Shown in pieces: positions 23,922 through 24,459 of a DNA stretch of 24,459 nt. A program made the position numbers and the translations under genes. The stretch comes from a virus (lineage: Duplodnaviria; Caudoviricetes), in IMG/VR virus record IMGVR_UViG_3300011444_000022, positions 1 to 24,459 of that record, one strand, 5' to 3'. The notes beneath the pieces are model-generated. The model saw only the letters and a list, made by a program, of their open reading frames with translations, searched no databases and was not told where the DNA came from. Positions within the stretch are counted from its first letter, which is position 1. Each line of letters opens with the position of its first letter.

Positions 23922-24118
23922 AGCCCAAGCTCCTGTAGCACTTCGACGCACGTGTTCGGGGAGATATCCGTCTCCACGACCTTGTGCGCCTTGAAGGTCC
24001 GGCCCTTGATGGTGACCAGCGTCGCCACCTTCGCCACACAATGCGCTCGTGAGGGCGTGACGGTCTGCACCTTGTAGCTGAGGCCATCCATTTTGAATAT
24101 CTGCCCTTTGCGGAGCAT
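23918..24118 (-). CDS. Hypothetical protein
   Basis: TGATG overlap gives MLRKGQIFKMDG... Confidence 0.6.
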   Translation of the reverse strand: MLRKGQIFKMDGLSYKVQTVTPSRAHCVAKVATLVTIKGRTFKAHKVVETDISPNTCVEVLQELGL

Positions 24119-24459
24119 CACACACCGTCCGGAGTCGAGGCGTGGTCGTAGTTCTTCCCGCCGAAGCGATGCGGGCACGCGGCCGTCTCGTGAGCCCCGC
24201 CGCACGTGCCGCACACATTCACCGTGCCGGGCTGATGGCCTTCCGTCTCGCACGCCTGCTCGAAGTCGACGTAGGCCGCGAGGATCGCTTCACGGATCGC
24301 GGTCGTCGCGTTGACGTCGTCGCCGGTCGGGCGCAGCAGCGCGAATGAGCGTCGATCGCCGTTGATGGAGTATTGACGCGCGGGGAACGTGATATTGCGG
24401 CCGCCGCCCGTGCGACGTTCCCAGATGCCGAAGCCAATCAGCTTCAGTCCCGCGAGTGG
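24118..24459 (-). CDS. SpoVG-like nucleic-acid-binding protein with C-terminal CCHC knuckle (5' partial; not in ORF track)
   Basis: Manual translation: ...GLKLIGFGIWERRTGGGRNITFPARQYSINGDRRSFALLRP...IREAILAAY...CGTCGGAHETAAC... Confidence 0.7.
   Translation of the reverse strand, partial: PLAGLKLIGFGIWERRTGGGRNITFPARQYSINGDRRSFALLRPTGDDVNATTAIREAILAAYVDFEQACETEGHQPGTVNVCGTCGGAHETAACPHRFGGKNYDHASTPDGV

Larger units (their letters stand above)
1..24459 (-). mobile_element. Segment of a tailed phage/prophage (P22-like head module plus DNA-metabolism region)
   Basis: terS-terL-portal-scaffold-coat synteny, RuvC/HNH/MTase genes, all credible genes on the minus strand with overlapping stop/start codons. 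No att site, integrase or host flank is visible. Confidence 0.95.

Noticed and set aside
1-24459. tRNA/rRNA genes, att sites, integrase, lysis cassette, alternative genetic code
   Set aside because: None recognisable. Intergenic gaps are too small for RNA genes except 6057-6202, and core genes read through intact in the standard code with all three stop codons used.

Overview
The whole window is one minus-strand, tightly coupled (many ATGA/GTGA/TGATG overlaps) segment of a tailed phage or prophage with a P22-like head module. In transcription order (right to left) it carries: a SpoVG-like protein (partial), a RuvC-like resolvase, an LmbU-like/MT-A70 adenine methyltransferase fusion, HNH nucleases, a HerA-like ATPase, many small ORFs, terS and terL, two signal-peptide proteins (one a beta-helix), small ORFs (DUF2292-like, DUF3008-like), a long portal, a scaffold, a P22-type coat protein, a decoration-like protein and the start of a repeat-rich fibre-like protein. 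The most unusual features are that at least four late/structural-region proteins carry Sec-type signal peptides (three with paired cysteines), and that the major capsid protein has a hydrophobic ~43-aa N-terminal extension. Together these suggest a phage that routes virion components through the membrane/periplasm. Also notable are a deviant terminase Walker A motif, a zinc finger inserted in the portal, a promoter-leader-terminator in front of the scaffold gene and several unannotated microproteins. The host is tentatively Acidobacteriota (Vicinamibacteria), from recalled similarity only; no searches were run.
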